DNA from: Octopus bimaculoides
Taxonomy: Eukaryota
NCBI RefSeq assembly: GCF_001194135.2
Contig: NC_068998.1
Span: 20,567,716 to 20,631,715, forward strand
Reading direction: 5' to 3'
Length of the DNA stretch: 64,000 bases
Positions 62,867 to 64,000 of the stretch are shown piece after piece. Under the pieces are notes generated by a model. The model ran no database searches, had not been told where the DNA came from, and worked only from the letters and a program-made list of their open reading frames with translations. Numbering within the stretch: the first letter of the stretch is position 1; each line of letters opens with the position of its first letter. The translations under genes and the position numbers were made by a program.

Positions 62867-63770
62867 CTACAAAATGAATAAAATACAAAACAAACACTGA
62901 GAGGAAAAAAACTGTTTTATTCAATTTAACATCTTCTAGTATTCAGTCATCAAAGATCTGAAAGAAAAAAAAAAATAAAGCATTATGATCAATAGTAGTA
63001 AGATATTACAGCATTTCATAACCAATTATTTTAGAAAATATACTGCAAATCAATTTTTATTAAAAATGAAATTAAACATGCTGCTCTAAAAGTTGCATAA
63101 AGCAATTTAAATCATATGAAACTAATATTCTACCTAGATGTTGACCCCACTATCAAAAAGAAAAAGAAAAAAAAATTTTTTTGAAAGAAGATAAGTCTCC
63201 TGCTTTCCTTTTAAACCTGTGCGAGTGAATAATATAAGTTAAAGTTGATGATAGAATAAATACATAAAGTACTGATTGTTATTTACAGCCTGATAACAAC
63301 CGACCAAATCTTTCACATTAGCAGATGAGTTTAATTTTAATTACAAGCTACTATTGCAGTGATACAAGCTATCATCACGTGAATTAACCTGTATCTAATT
63401 GAAAATACAAACTGGATCACTGTTCTCATTGCAAACATGAGAGAAGGAGAGGTATGGAGATGCTGCTTGGATGTAATTTGTGTTAAAGTATGCATGTGAA
63501 CACATACAAAAATAATACATCTTCATTTCCAAAAGTTTTAATCAAATAGATCATTCTTTTAGTGTGTGTAAACATGCTTGTGTTTAGAGAACATTCAATT
63601 CAGCCCTTTTCATACTGCCCCTAACCTGGATAAAAAAAAATCAATTTAAAGTGCTTATATTTCATAATATTATGAGAAACCTTTTCTTTCTAAAATTATA
63701 TTCAAAACATGTTAAATGATGTGAAAGCTAGGTTTACTAAATGTCTGCAAATTCTTGATTATATTCAATC

Positions 63771-64000
63771 ATCATCATCATCATCATCATTTAACGTCCG
63801 CTTTCCATGCTAGCATGGGTTGGACGATTTGACTGAGGACTGGTGAAACCGGATGGCAACACCAGGCTCCAGTCTGATTTGGCAGAGTTTCTACAGCTGG
63901 ATGCACTTCCTAACGCCAACCACTCAGAGAGTGTAGTGGGTGCTTTTACGTGTCACCCGCACGAAAACGGCCACGCTCGAAATGGTGTCTTTTATGTGAG
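63771..64000 (-). mobile_element. RTE LINE 3' tail, young-looking
   Basis: (CAT)n TTAACGTCCGCTTTCCATGCTAGCATGGG..., nearly identical to 58478-58700. Confidence 0.85.

Overview
AT-rich, repeat-dominated eukaryotic DNA from a draft assembly with 12 N-gaps. The SINE/LINE/microsatellite content looks like a coleoid cephalopod, probably Octopus (inferred from repeat style, not proven). The only well-supported host gene is an NHL-repeat (beta-propeller) coding exon on the minus strand (1698-2858). It is probably the last exon of a long spliced gene, and candidate upstream minus-strand exons lie at about 29.6, 39.4, 48.6, 60.2 and 62.8 kb. The rest is mostly mobile DNA. It includes several tRNA-derived SINE families, many RTE LINE pieces (APE, RT, PHD-like insert, structured 3' tail) and remnants of CRE-, R4/Dong-, HERO- and I-like LINEs. 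There are also Gypsy remnants, an LTR with a tRNA-Trp primer-binding site, solo LTRs, two decayed mariners, and MITEs (Merlin-, hAT-, Tc1-, piggyBac- and Harbinger-like). I found no rRNA, true tRNA gene or CRISPR array. The most unusual items are a Merlin-like MITE carrying head-to-head telomeric repeats, a MITE carrying a tandem RFX X-box/E-box array, and a 66-bp hairpin array in the RTE 3' UTR. All calls were made by eye; boundaries of decayed elements are approximate.
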